Below are positions 13,814-30,500 of a stretch of DNA of 64,000 nucleotides, one piece after another. Position numbers and translations under genes: made by a program. Source of the DNA: Bugula neritina (taxonomy: Eukaryota; Animalia; Bryozoa); the NCBI GenBank assembly GCA_964035545.1, contig OZ037765.1, positions 15,138,698-15,202,697 on the forward strand, read 5' to 3'. Position 1 is the stretch's first letter. Each line of letters opens with the position of its first letter. The notes below the pieces were generated by a model that was not told where the DNA came from, searched no databases, and saw nothing but the letters and a program-made list of their open reading frames with translations.

Positions 13814-16800
13814 TAACATTATGAATTACACTGCAACACATTGAAAAACACTGCAACATACCGAAATATATGGCAAACTACTGAAATATACTTTAACACA
13901 TTGAAAAAAACTGCATCATACTGAAATATACTGTAAAACACTGAAATATACTGCAAAACACTGAAATACACTGTAACATACTGAAATACACTGTAACATA
14001 CTGAAATATACTGCAACACACTGCAACATACTGAAATGCGCTGTAACATACTGAAATACACTGCAACATACTACAACATATTGAAATACACTGCAACACA
14101 TTGAAACATACTGCAACACACTGAAACATCTGGCAACATATTGAAATATACTGCAACACATTGAAATATACCGCAACATACTGAAATATGCTGTAGCACA
14201 CTGAAATACACCGCAACTCACTATAATATAGTGTAATATACAGAAATGTACTGTAACATACTGAAATATACTGTAACATACTGAAATATACTGCAACATA
14301 CTGAAGTACACTGTAACATATTGAAATACATTACAACACATTGAAATATACTGCAACACACTGAAATATGCTGTAGCACACAGAAATACACTGCAACTCA
14401 CTATAATATAGTGTAATATACAGAAATGTACTGTAACATACTGAGATACACTGCAACATACTGCAACATACTGCAACATACTGAAATACACTGTAACATA
14501 TTGAAATAGACTGCAAAACCTTGAAATATACTGCAACACACTGAAGGATATGGCAACATACTGAAATATACTGCGACACATTGAAATATACTGCAACATA
14601 CTGAAATATGCTGTAGCATACTGAAATAGACTGTAACACACTGTAATATACTGCAACATACTGCAACATACTGACATACACTCGAACATACTGAAATACA
14701 CTGCAACCTACTGAAATATGCTGTAGCACACTGAAATATACTGCAGCATAGTGAAATATGCTGTAGCATAATGAAATATGCTGTAGCACACTGAAATATA
14801 CTGCAACATACTGAAATATAATGCAAGTTACTACAACATACTGAAATACACTGTGACATACTGAAATACACTGCAACTTACTGCAAGATACTGCAACATA
14901 CTGAAATACACTGTAACATATTGAAATACACTGCAAAACCTTGAAATTTACTGCAACACACTGAAGGATACGGCAACATACTGAAATATACTGCGACACA
15001 TTTAAATATACTGCAACATACTGGAATATGCTGTAGCATACTGAAATATACTGTAACACACTGTAATATACTGCAACATACTGCAACATACCGACATATA
15101 CTGGAACATACTGAAATACACTCCAACATACTACAACATACTGAAATACACTGTAACCTACTGAAATATGCTGTAACACACTGAAGTATACTGCAACATA
15201 CTGAAATATAATGCAAGTAACTACAACATACTGGAACACACTGTGACATACTGAGATACACTGGAACAAATTGAAACACACTACAACACATTGAAATATA
15301 CTGCAACACACTGAAACATACAGCAACATACTGAAATATACTGCGACACATTGAAATATACTGCAACATAGTTAAATATAATGCAAGATACTGCAACATT
15401 CTGAAATACACTGTGACATACTGAAACACACTGCAACATACTGCAACATACTGCAACATACTGCAACATACTGCAACATACTGATATACACTGTAACATA
15501 TTGAAATACACTGCAACACATTGAAATATACTGCAACACACTGAAACATACGGCAACATACTGAAATATACTGCAACACATTGAAATATACTGCAACATA
15601 CTGAAATATGCTGTAGTATACTGAAACACACTGCAACACAGTGAAGTATACTGTAAAATACAGAAATACACTGTAACATACTGAAACATATGTCAACTTA
15701 CTGAAATGTACTGCAACATGCTGAAATATATTGCAACATACTGAAATACACTGTAACAAACCCAATTACACTGCAACAAACTGCAACATACTGAAATACG
15801 CTGTAACATATTGAAATACGCTCCAACACATTGAACGAAACTGCAACATACCTAAATATACGACAATATACTGAAAGATACTGTACCACATTGAAAAACA
15901 TTGCAACATACTGAAACATGCTGTAGCACATTAAAATACACTGTAAGATACTGAAATACACTGCAACATGCTGAAATACACTGTAACCTACTGAAATACA
16001 CTGCAACATACTACAACATACTGAAATACACTGTAACATTAAGAATTACACTGCAACACATTGAAAAATACTGCAACATACCGAAATATATGGCAAACTA
16101 CTGAAATATACTTTAACAGATTGAAAAAAAACTGCATCATACTGAAATATACTGTAACACACTGAAATATACTGCAAAACACTGAAATACACTGTAACAT
16201 ACTGAAATACACTGTAACATACTGAAGTATACTGCAACACGCTGCAACATACTGAAATGCGCTGTAACATACTGAAATACACTGCAACATACTACAACAT
16301 ATTGAAATACACTGCAACACATTGAAATATACTGCAACACACTGAAACATACGGCAACATATTGAAATATACTGCAACACATTGAAATATACCGCAACAT
16401 ATTGAAATATGCTGTAGCACACTGAAATACACTGCAACTCACTATAATATAGTGTAATATACAGAAATGTACTGTAACATACTGAAATACACTGTAACAT
16501 ACACAAATATAATGCAACATACTGAAGTACACTGCAACATACTGCAACATACTGAAATACACTGTAACATATTGAAATACACTGCAAAACCTTGAAATAT
16601 ACTGCAACACACTGAATGATACGGCAACATACTGAAATATACTGCGACACATTGAAATATACTGCAACATACTGAAATATGCTGCAGCATACTGAAATAT
16701 ACTGAAACACACTGTAATATACTGCAACATACTGCAACATACTGACATACACTGGAACATACTGAAATACACTGCAACATACTACAACATACTGAAATAC

Positions 16801-19800
16801 ACTGTAACCTACTGAAATATGCCGTAGCACACTGAATTATACTGCAACATACTGAAATATCATGCAAGTTACTACAACATACTGAAATACACTGTGACAT
16901 ACTGAGATACACTGCAACATACTGCAACATACTGTAACATACCGAAATACACTGTAACCTAATGAAATACACTGCAACATACTACAACATACTGAAATAC
17001 ACTGTAACATTATGAATTACACTGCAACACATTGAAAAATACTGCAACATACCGAAATATATGGCAAACTACTGAAATATACTTTAACACTTTGAAAAAA
17101 ACTGCATCATACTGAAATATACTGTAACACACTGAAAGATACTGCAAAACACTGAAATACACTGTAACATACTGAAAAACACTGTAACATACTGAAATAT
17201 ACTGCAACACACTGCAACATACTGAAATGCGCTGTAACATACTGAAATACACTGCAACATACTACAACATATTGAAATACACTGCAACACATTGAAATAT
17301 ACTGCAACACACTGAAACATCTGGCAACACATTGAAATATACTGCAACACATCGAAATATACCGCAACATACTGAAATATGCTGTAGCACACTGAAATAC
17401 ACCGCAACTCACTATAATATAGTGTAATATACAGAAATGTACTGTAACATACTGAAATATACTGTAACATACTGAAATATACTGCAACATACTGAAGTAC
17501 ACTGTAACATATTGAAATACATTACAACACATTGAAATATACTGCAACACACTGAAATATGCTGTAGCACACAGAAATACACTGCAACTCACTATAATAT
17601 AGTGTAATATACAGAAATGTACTGTAACATACTGAGATACACTGCAACATACTGCAACATACTGCAACATACTGAAATACACTGTAACATATTGAAATAG
17701 ACTGCAAAACCTTGAAATATACTGCAACACACTGAAGGATATTGCAACATACTGAAATATACTGCGACACATTGAAATATACTGCAACATACTGAAATAT
17801 GCTGTAGCATACTGAAATATACTGTAACACACTGTAATATACTGCAACATACTGCAACATACTGACATACACTCGAACATACTGAAATGCACTGCAACCT
17901 ACTGAAATATGCTGTAGCACACTGAAATATACTGCAGCATACTGAAATATGCTGTAGCATAATGAAATATGCTGTAGCACACTGAAATATACTGCAACAT
18001 ACTGAAATATAATGCAAGTTACTACAACATACTGAAATACACTGTGACATACTGAAATACACTGCAACATACTGCAAGATACTGCAACATACTGAAATAC
18101 ACTGTAACATATTGAAATACACTGCAAAACCTTGAAATATACTGCAACACACTGAAGGATACGGCAACATACTGAAATATACTGCGACACATTTAAATAT
18201 ACTGCAACATACTGGAATATGCTGTAGCATACTGAAATATACTGTAACACACTGTAATATACTGCAACATACTGCAACATACCGACATATACTGGAACAT
18301 ACTGAAATACACTCCAACATACTACAACATACTGAAATACACTGTAACCTACTGAAATATGATGTAACACACTGAAGTATACTGCAACATACTGAAATAT
18401 AATGCAAGTAACTACAACATACTGAAACACACTGTGACATACTGAGATACACTGCAACATACTGCAACATACTGCAACATACTGCAACATACTGAAATAC
18501 ACTGTAACAGACTGAAATGTACTGTAACACACTGAAATATACTGCAACATGCTGAAATACACTGTAACATACTGAAATATACTGCAACATACTGCAACAT
18601 ACTGAAATACACTGTAACATACTGAAATACACTGCAACATACTGCAACATACTGAAATACACTGGAACAAACTGAAACACACTACAACACATTGAAATAT
18701 ACTGCAACACACTGAAACATACAGCAACATACTGAAATATACTGCGACACATTGAAATATACTGCAACATAGTTAAATATGATGCAAGATACTGCAACAT
18801 TCTGAAATACACTGTGACATACTGAAATACACTGCAACATACTGCAACATACTGCAACATACTGCAACATACTGCAACATACTGAAATACACTGTAACAT
18901 ATTGAAATACACTGCAACACATTGAAATATACTGCAACACACTGAAACATACGGCAACATACTGAAATATACTGCAACACATTGAAATATACTGCAACAT
19001 ACTGAAATATGCTGTAGTATACTGAAACACACTGCAACACAGTGAAGTATACTGTAAAATACAGAAATATACTGTAACATACTGAAACATATGTCAACTT
19101 ACTGAAATGTACTGCAACATGCTGAAATATATTGCAACATACTGAAATACACTGTAACCTACTAAAATACACTGCAACATACTACAACATACTGAAATAC
19201 ACTGTAACATTATGAATTACACTGCAACACATTGAAAAATACTGCAACATACCGAAATATATGGCAAACTACTGAAATATACTTTAACAGATTGAAAAAA
19301 ACTGCATCATACTGAAATATACTGTAACACACTGAAATATACTGCAAAACACTGAAATACACTGTAACATACTGAAATACACTGTAACATACTGAAGTAT
19401 ACTGCAACACACTGCAACATACTGAAATGCGCTGTAACATACTGAAATACACTGCAACATACTACAACATATTGAAATACACTGCAACACATTGAAATAT
19501 ACTGCAACACACTGAAACATACGGCAACATATTGAAATATACTGCAACACATTGAAATATACCGCAACATATTGAAATATGCTGTAGCACACTGAAATAC
19601 ACTGCAACTCACTATAATATAGTGTAATATACAGAAATGTACTGTAACATACTGAAATACACTGTAACATACACAAATATAATGCAACATACTGAAGTAC
19701 ACTGCAACATACTGCAACATACTGAAATACACTGTAACATATTGAAATACACTGCAAAACCTTGAAATATACTGCAACACACTGAATGATACGGCAACAT

Positions 19801-22542
19801 ACTGAAATATACTGCGACACATTGAAATATACTGCAACATACTGAAATATGCTGCAGCATACTGAAATATACTGAAACACACTGTAATATACTGCAACAT
19901 ACTGCAACATACTGACATACACTGGAACATACTGAAATACACTGCAACATACTACAACATACTGAAATACACTGTAACCTACTGAAATATGCCGTAGCAC
20001 ACTGAATTATACTGCAACATACTGAAATATCATGCAAGTTACTACAACATACTGAAATACACTGTGACATACTGAGATACACTGCAACATACTGCAACAT
20101 ACTGTAACATACCGAAATACACTGTAACCTAATGAAATACACTGCAACATACTACAACATACTGAAATACACTGTAACATTTTGAATTACACTGCAACAC
20201 ATTGAAAAATACTACAACATACCGAAATATATGGCAAACTACTGAAATATACTTTAACACATTGAAAAAAAATGCATCATACTGAAATATACTGTAACAC
20301 ACTGAAATATACTGCAAAACACTGAAATACACTGTAACATACTGAAATACACTGTAACATACTGAAATATACTGCAACACACTGCAACATACTGAAATGC
20401 GCTGTAACATACTGAAATACACTGCAACATACTGCAACATACTGAAATACACTGCAACACATTGAAACATATTGCAGCATACTGAAATATACTGCAACAT
20501 TGAAATATACCGCAACATACTGAAATATGCTGTAGCACACTGAAATACACCGCAACTCACTATAATATAGTGTAATATACAGAAATGTACTGTAACATAC
20601 TGAAATATACTGTAACATACTGAAATATACTGCAACATACTGAAGTACACTGCAACATACTGCAACATACTGAAATACACTGTAACATATTGAAATACAT
20701 TACAACACATTGAAATATACTGCAACACACTGAAATATGCTGTAGCACACAGAAATACACTGCAACTCACTATAATATAGTGTAATATACAGAAATGTAC
20801 TGTAACATACTGAGATACACTGCAACATACTGCAACATACTGAAATACACTGTAACATATTGAAATAGACTGCAAAACCTTGAAATATACTGCAACACAC
20901 TGAAGGATACGGCAACATACTGAAATATACTGCGACACATTGAAATATACTGCAACATACTGAAATATGCTGTAGCATACTGAAATATACTGTAACACAC
21001 TGTAATATACTGCAACATACTGCAACATACTGACATACACTGGAACATACTGAAATACACTGCAACATACTACAACATACTGAAATACACTGTAACCTAC
21101 TGAAACATGCTGTAGCACACTGAAATATACTGCAGCATACTGAAATATAATGCAAGTTACTACAACATACTGAAATACACTGTGACATACTGAGATACAC
21201 TGCAACACCTTGAAATATACTGCAACACACTTAAAGATACGGCAACATACTGAAATATACTGCGACACATTGAAATATACTGCAGCATACTGAAATATGC
21301 TGTAGCATACTGAAATATGCTGTAGCACACTGAAATATACTGCAACATACTGAAATATAATGCAAGTTAGTACAACATACTGAAATACACTGTGACATAC
21401 TGAAATACACTGCAACATACTGCAAGATACTGCAACATACTGAAATACACTGTAACATATTGAAATACACTGCAAAACCTTGAAATATACTGCAACACAC
21501 TGAAGGATACGGCAACATACTGAAATATATTGCGACACATTTAAATATACTGCAACATACAGAAATATGCTGTAGCATACTGAAATATACTGTAACACAC
21601 TGTAATATACTGCAACATACTGCAACATACTGACATATACTGGAACATACTGAAATACACTCCAACATACTACAACATACTGAAATACACTGTAACCTAC
21701 TGAAATATGCTGTAGCACACTGAAGTATACTGCAACATACTGAAATATAATGCAAGTAACTACAACATACTGAAATACACTGTGACATACTGAGATACAC
21801 TGCAACACCTTGAAATATACTGCAACACACTGAAAGATACGGCAACATACTGAAATATACTGCGACACATTGAAATATACTGCAGCATACTGAAATATGC
21901 TGTAGCATAATGAAATATGCTGTAGCACACTGAAATATACTGCAACATACTGAAATATAATGCAAGTTACTACAACATACTGAAATACACTGTGACATAC
22001 TGAAACACACTGCAACATACTGCAAGATACTGCAACATACTGAAATGCACTGTAACATATTGAAATACACTGCAAAACCTTGAAATATACTGCAACACAC
22101 TGAAGGATACGGCAACATACTGAAATATACTGCGACACATTTAAATATACTGCAACATACTGGAATATGCTGTAGCATACTGAAATATACTGTAACACAC
22201 TGTTATATACTGCAACATACTGCAACATACCGACATATACTGGAACATACTGAAATACATTCCAACATACTACAACATACTGAAATACACTGTAACCTAC
22301 TGAAATATGCTGTAACACACTGAAGTATACTGCAACATACTGAAATATAATGCAAGTAACTACAACATACTGAAATACACTGTGACATACTGAGATACAC
22401 TGCAACAGCTTGAAATATACTGCGACACATTGGGATTTACTGCAACATAGTTAAATATAATGCAAGATACTGCAACATGCTGAAATACACTGTAACATAC
22501 TGAAATACACTGCAACATACTACAACATACTGAAATACACTG

Positions 22543-24962
22543 TAACATTATGAATTACACTGCAACACATTGAAAAATACTGCAACATACCGAAATATAT
22601 GGCAAACTACTGAAATATACTTTAACACATTGAAAAAAACTGCATCATACTGAAATATACTGTAAAACACTGAAATATACTGCAAAACACTGAAATACAC
22701 TGTAACATACTGAAATACACTGTAACATACTGAAATATACTGCAACACACTGCAACATACTGAAATGCGCTGTAACATACTGAAATACACTGCAACATAC
22801 TACAACATATTGAAATACACTGCAACACATTGAAACATACTGCAACACACTGAAACATCTGGCAACATATTGAAATATACTGCAACACATTGAAATATAC
22901 CGCAACATACTGAAATATGCTGTAGCACACTGAAATACACCGCAACTCACTATAATATAGTGTAATATACAGAAATGTACTGTAACATACTGAAATATAC
23001 TGTAACATACTGAAATATACTGCAACATACTGAAGTACACTGTAACATATTGAAATACATTACAACACATTGAAATATACTGCAACACACTGAAATATGC
23101 TGTAGCACACAGAAATACACTGCAACTCACTATAATATAGTGTAATATACAGAAATGTACTGTAACATACTGAGATACACTGCAACATACTGCAACATAC
23201 TGCAACATACTGAAATACACTGTAACATATTGAAATAGACTGCAAAACCTTGAAATATACTGCAACACACTGAAGGATATGGCAACATACTGAAATATAC
23301 TGCGACACATTGAAATATACTGCAACATACTGAAATATGCTGTAGCATACTGAAATAGACTGTAACACACTGTAATATACTGCAACATACTGCAACATAC
23401 TGACATACACTCGAACATACTGAAATACACTGCAACCTACTGAAATATGCTGTAGCACACTGAAATATACTGCAGCATAGTGAAATATGCTGTAGCATAA
23501 TGAAATATGCTGTAGCACACTGAAATATACTGCAACATACTGAAATATAATGCAAGTTACTACAACATACTGAAATACACTGTGACATACTGAAATACAC
23601 TGCAACATACTGCAAGATACTGCAACATACTGAAATACACTGTAACATATTGAAATACACTGCAAAACCTTGAAATTTACTGCAACACACTGAAGGATAC
23701 GGCAACATACTGAAATATACTGCGACACATTTAAATATACTGCAACATACTGGAATATGCTGTAGCATACTGAAATATACTGTAACACACTGTAATATAC
23801 TGCAACATACTGCAACATACCGACATATACTGGAACATACTGAAATACACTCCAACATACTACAACATACTGAAATACACTGTAACCTACTGAAATATGC
23901 TGTAACACACTGAAGTATACTGCAACATACTGAAATATAATGCAAGTAACTACAACATACTGAAACACACTGTGACATACTGAGATACACTGCAACATAC
24001 TGCAACATACTGCAACATACTGAAATACACTGTAACAGACTGAAATGTACTGTAACACACTGAAATATACTGCAACATGCTGAAATACACTGTAACATAC
24101 TGAAATATACTGCAACATACTGCAACATACTGAAATACACTGTAACATACTGAAATACACTGCAACATACTGCAACATACTGAAATACACTGGAACAAAT
24201 TGAAACACACTACAACACATTGAAATATACTGCAACACACTGAAACATACAGCAACATACTGAAATATACTGCGACACATTGAAATATACTGCAACATAG
24301 TTAAATATAATGCAAGATACTGCAACATTCTGAAATACACTGTGACATACTGAAATACACTGCAACATACTGCAACATACTGCAACATACTGCAACATAC
24401 TGCAACATACTGATATACACTGTAACATATTGAAATACACTGCAACACATTGAAATATACTGCAACACACTGAAACATACGGCAACATACTGAAATATAC
24501 TGCAACACATTGAAATATACTGCAACATACTGAAATATGCTGTAGTATACTGAAACACACTGCAACACAGTGAAGTATACTGTAAAATACAGAAATACAC
24601 TGTAACATACTGAAACATATGTCAACTTACTGAAATGTACTGCAACATGCTGAAATATATTGCAACATACTGAAATACACTGTAACAAACCCAATTACAC
24701 TGCAACAAACTGCAACATACTGAAGTACGCTGTAACATATTGAAATACGCTCCAACACATTGAACGAAACTGCAACATACCTAAATATACGACAATATAC
24801 TGAAAGATACTGTACCACATTGAAAAACATTGCAACATACTGAAACATGCTGTAGCACATTAAAATACACTGTAAGATACTGAAATACACTGCAACATGC
24901 TGAAATACACTGTAACCTACTGAAATACACTGCAACATACTACAACATACTGAAATACACTG
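22543..24962. repeat. Module C (2420 bp), representative copy ending in block D
   Basis: Full length at 22543 and 58389. Deleted versions at 13814 (2220 bp), 38304 (2000 bp) and 43643 (1909 bp); chimeric version at 52420 (2640 bp). Markers include aaacatctgg, cagcatagtg, aaatttactg and atatacactg. Confidence 0.85.
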
Positions 24963-27590
24963 TAACATTAAGAATTACACTGCAACACATTGAAAAATAC
25001 TGCAACATACCGAAATATATGGCAAACTACTGAAATATACTTTAACAGATTGAAAAAAAACTGCATCATACTGAAATATACTGTAACACACTGAAATATA
25101 CTGCAAAACACTGAAATACACTGTAACATACTGAAATACACTGTAACATACTGAAGTATACTGCAACACGCTGCAACATACTGAAATGCGCTGTAACATA
25201 CTGAAATACACTGCAACATACTACAACATATTGAAATACACTGCAACACATTGAAATATACTGCAACACACTGAAACATACGGCAACATATTGAAATATA
25301 CTGCAACACATTGAAATATACCGCAACATATTGAAATATGCTGTAGCACACTGAAATACACTGCAACTCACTATAATATAGTGTAATATACAGAAATGTA
25401 CTGTAACATACTGAAATACACTGTAACATACACAAATATAATGCAACATACTGAAGTACACTGCAACATACTGCAACATACTGAAATACACTGTAACATA
25501 TTGAAATACACTGCAAAACCTTGAAATATACTGCAACACACTGAATGATACGGCAACATACTGAAATATACTGCGACACATTGAAATATACTGCAACATA
25601 CTGAAATATGCTGCAGCATACTGAAATATACTGAAACACACTGTAATATACTGCAACATACTGCAACATACTGACATACACTGGAACATACTGAAATACA
25701 CTGCAACATACTACAACATACTGAAATACACTGTAACCTACTGAAATATGCTGTAACACACTGAAGTATACTGCAACATACTGAAATATAATGCAAGTAA
25801 CTACAACATACTGAAACACACTGTGACATACTGAGATACACTGCAACATACTGCAACATACTGCAACATACTGAAATACACTGTAACAGACTGAAATGTA
25901 CTGTAACACACTGAAATATACTGCAACATGCTGAAATACACTGTAACATACTGAAATATACTGCAACATACTGCAACATACTGAAATACACTGTAACATA
26001 CTGAAATACACTGCAACATACTGCAACATACTGAAATACACTGGAACAAATTGAAACACACTACAACACATTGAAATATACTGCAACACACTGAAACATA
26101 CAGCAACATACTGAAATATACTGCGACACATTGAAATATACTGCAACATAGTTAAATATAATGCAAGATACTGCAACATTCTGAAATACACTGTGACATA
26201 CTGAAATACACTGCAACATACTGCAACATACTGCAACATACTGCAACATACTGCAACATACTGATATACACTGTAACATATTGAAATACACTGCAACACA
26301 TTGAAATATACTGCAACACACTGAAACATACGGCAACATACTGAAATATACTGCAACACATTGAAATATACTGCAACATACTGAAATATGCTGTAGTATA
26401 CTGAAACACACTGCAACACAGTGAAGTATACTGTAAAATACAGAAATACACTGTAACATACTGAAACATATGTCAACTTACTGAAATGTACTGCAACATG
26501 CTGAAATATATTGCAACATACTGAAATACACTGTAACAAACCCAATTACACTGCAACAAACTGCAACATACTGAAATACGCTGTAACATATTGAAATACG
26601 CTCCAACACATTGAACGAAACTGCAACATACCTAAATATACGACAATATACTGAAAGATACTGTACCACATTGAAAAACATTGCAACATACTGAAACATG
26701 CTGTAGCACATTAAAATACACTGTAAGATACTGAAATACACTGCAACATGCTGAAATACACTGTAACCTACTGAAATACACTGCAACATACTACAACATA
26801 CTGAAATACACTGTAACATTAAGAATTACACTGCAACACATTGAAAAATACTGCAACATACCGAAATATATGGCAAACTACTGAAATATACTTTAACAGA
26901 TTGAAAAAAAACTGCATCATACTGAAATATACTGTAACACACTGAAATATACTGCAAAACACTGAAATACACTGTAACATACTGAAATACACTGTAACAT
27001 ACTGAAGTATACTGCAACACGCTGCAACATACTGAAATGCGCTGTAACATACTGAAATACACTGCAACATACTACAACATATTGAAATACACTGCAACAC
27101 ATTGAAATATACTGCAACACACTGAAACATACGGCAACATATTGAAATATACTGCAACACATTGAAATATACCGCAACATATTGAAATATGCTGTAGCAC
27201 ACTGAAATACACTGCAACTCACTATAATATAGTGTAATATACAGAAATGTACTGTAACATACTGAAATACACTGTAACATACACAAATATAATGCAACAT
27301 ACTGAAGTACACTGCAACATACTGCAACATACTGAAATACACTGTAACATATTGAAATACACTGCAAAACCTTGAAATATACTGCAACACACTGAATGAT
27401 ACGGCAACATACTGAAATATACTGCGACACATTGAAATATACTGCAACATACTGAAATATGCTGCAGCATACTGAAATATACTGAAACACACTGTAATAT
27501 ACTGCAACATACTGCAACATACTGACATACACTGGAACATACTGAAATACACTGCAACATACTACAACATACTGAAATACACTGTAACCT
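23890..27590. repeat. Tandem duplication with 1851-bp period
   Basis: D 24683>26534 and M 24963>26814. Matching ORF pairs 23950/25801, 24210/26061 and 24627/26478 are all offset by 1851. Confidence 0.87.
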
Positions 27591-30500
27591 ACTGAAATAT
27601 GCCGTAGCACACTGAATTATACTGCAACATACTGAAATATCATGCAAGTTACTACAACATACTGAAATACACTGTGACATACTGAGATACACTGCAACAT
27701 ACTGCAACATACTGTAACATACCGAAATACACTGTAACCTAATGAAATACACTGCAACATACTACAACATACTGAAATACACTGTAACATTATGAATTAC
27801 ACTGCAACACATTGAAAAATACTGCAACATACCGAAATATATGGCAAACTACTGAAATATACTTTAACACTTTGAAAAAAACTGCATCATACTGAAATAT
27901 ACTGTAACACACTGAAATATACTGCAAAACACTGAAATACACTGTAACATACTGAAAAACACTGTAACATACTGAAATATACTGCAACACACTGCAACAT
28001 ACTGAAATGCGCTGTAACATACTGAAATACACTGCAACATACTACAACATATTGAAATACACTGCAACACATTGAAATATACTGCAACACACTGAAACAT
28101 CTGGCAACACATTGAAATATACTGCAACACATCGAAATATACCGCAACATACTGAAATATGCTGTAGCACACTGAAATACACCGCAACTCACTATAATAT
28201 AGTGTAATATACAGAAATGTACTGTAACATACTGAAATATACTGTAACATACTGAAATATACTGCAACATACTGAAGTACACTGTAACATATTGAAATAC
28301 ATTACAACACATTGAAATATACTGCAACACACTGAAATATGCTGTAGCACACAGAAATACACTGCAACTCACTATAATATAGTGTAATATACAGAAATGT
28401 ACTGTAACATACTGAGATACACTGCAACATACTGCAACATACTGCAACATACTGAAATACACTGTAACATATTGAAATAGACTGCAAAACCTTGAAATAT
28501 ACTGCAACACACTGAAGGATATGGCAACATACTGAAATATACTGCGACACATTGAAATATACTGCAACATACTGAAATATGCTGTAGCATACTGAAATAT
28601 ACTGTAACACACTGTAATATACTGCAACATACTGCAACATACTGACATACACTCGAACATACTGAAATGCACTGCAACCTACTGAAATATGCTGTAGCAC
28701 ACTGAAATATACTGCAGCATACTGAAATATGCTGTAGCATAATGAAATATGCTGTAGCACACTGAAATATACTGCAACATACTGAAATATAATGCAAGTT
28801 ACTACAACATACTGAAATACACTGTGACATACTGAAATACACTGCAACATACTGCAAGATACTGCAACATACTGAAATACACTGTAACATATTGAAATAC
28901 ACTGCAAAACCTTGAAATATACTGCAACACACTGAAGGATACGGCAACATACTGAAATATACTGCGACACATTTAAATATACTGCAACATACTGGAATAT
29001 GCTGTAGCATACTGAAATATACTGTAACACACTGTAATATACTGCAACATACTGCAACATACCGACATATACTGGAACATACTGAAATACACTCCAACAT
29101 ACTACAACATACTGAAATACACTGTAACCTACTGAAATATGATGTAACACACTGAAGTATACTGCAACATACTGAAATATAATGCAAGTAACTACAACAT
29201 ACTGAAACACACTGTGACATACTGAGATACACTGCAACATACTGCAACATACTGCAACATACTGCAACATACTGAAATACACTGTAACAGACTGAAATGT
29301 ACTGTAACACACTGAAATATACTGCAACATGCTGAAATACACTGTAACATACTGAAATATACTGCAACATACTGCAACATACTGAAATACACTGTAACAT
29401 ACTGAAATACACTGCAACATACTGCAACATACTGAAATACACTGGAACAAATTGAAACACACTACAACACATTGAAATATACTGCAACACACTGAAACAT
29501 ACAGCAACATACTGAAATATACTGCGACACATTGAAATATACTGCAACATAGTTAAATATGATGCAAGATACTGCAACATTCTGAAATACACTGTGACAT
29601 ACTGAAATACACTGCAACATACTGCAACATACTGCAACATACTGCAACATACTGCAACATACTGAAATACACTGTAACATATTGAAATATACTGCAACAC
29701 ACTGAAACATACGGCAACATACTGAAATATACTGCAACACATTGAAATATACTGCAACATACTGAAATATGCTGTAGTATACTGAAACACACTGCAACAC
29801 AGTGAAGTATACTGTAAAATACAGAAATATACTGTAACATACTGAAACATATGTCAACTTACTGAAATGTACTGCAACATGCTGAAATATATTGCAACAT
29901 ACTGAAATACACTGTAACCTACTAAAATACACTGCAACATACTACAACATACTGAAATACACTGTAACATTATGAATTACACTGCAACACATTGAAAAAT
30001 ACTGCAACATACCGAAATATATGGCAAACTACTGAAATATACTTTAACAGATTGAAAAAAACTGCATCATACTGAAATATACTGTAACACACTGAAATAT
30101 ACTGCAAAACACTGAAATACACTGTAACATACTGAAATACACTGTAACATACTGAAGTATACTGCAACACACTGCAACATACTGAAATGCGCTGTAACAT
30201 ACTGAAATACACTGCAACATACTACAACATATTGAAATACACTGCAACACATTGAAATATACTGCAACACACTGAAACATACGGCAACATATTGAAATAT
30301 ACTGCAACACATTGAAATATACCGCAACATATTGAAATATGCTGTAGCACACTGAAATACACTGCAACTCACTATAATATAGTGTAATATACAGAAATGT
30401 ACTGTAACATACTGAAATACACTGTAACATACACAAATATAATGCAACATACTGAAGTACACTGCAACATACTGCAACATACTGAAATACACTGTAACAT

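Larger units (their letters stand above)
8411..25750. repeat. Two copies of an ~8.6-8.9 kb supra-unit (modules ~2200 + 970 + 2368 + 2220/2420 + 971)
   Basis: Offset is 8594 before the 135-bp deletion at ~10398 (8411>17005), 8729 after it (10476>19205, 11446>20175, 13814>22543) and 8929 after a 200-bp deletion at ~15260 (16034>24963). Confidence 0.85.
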
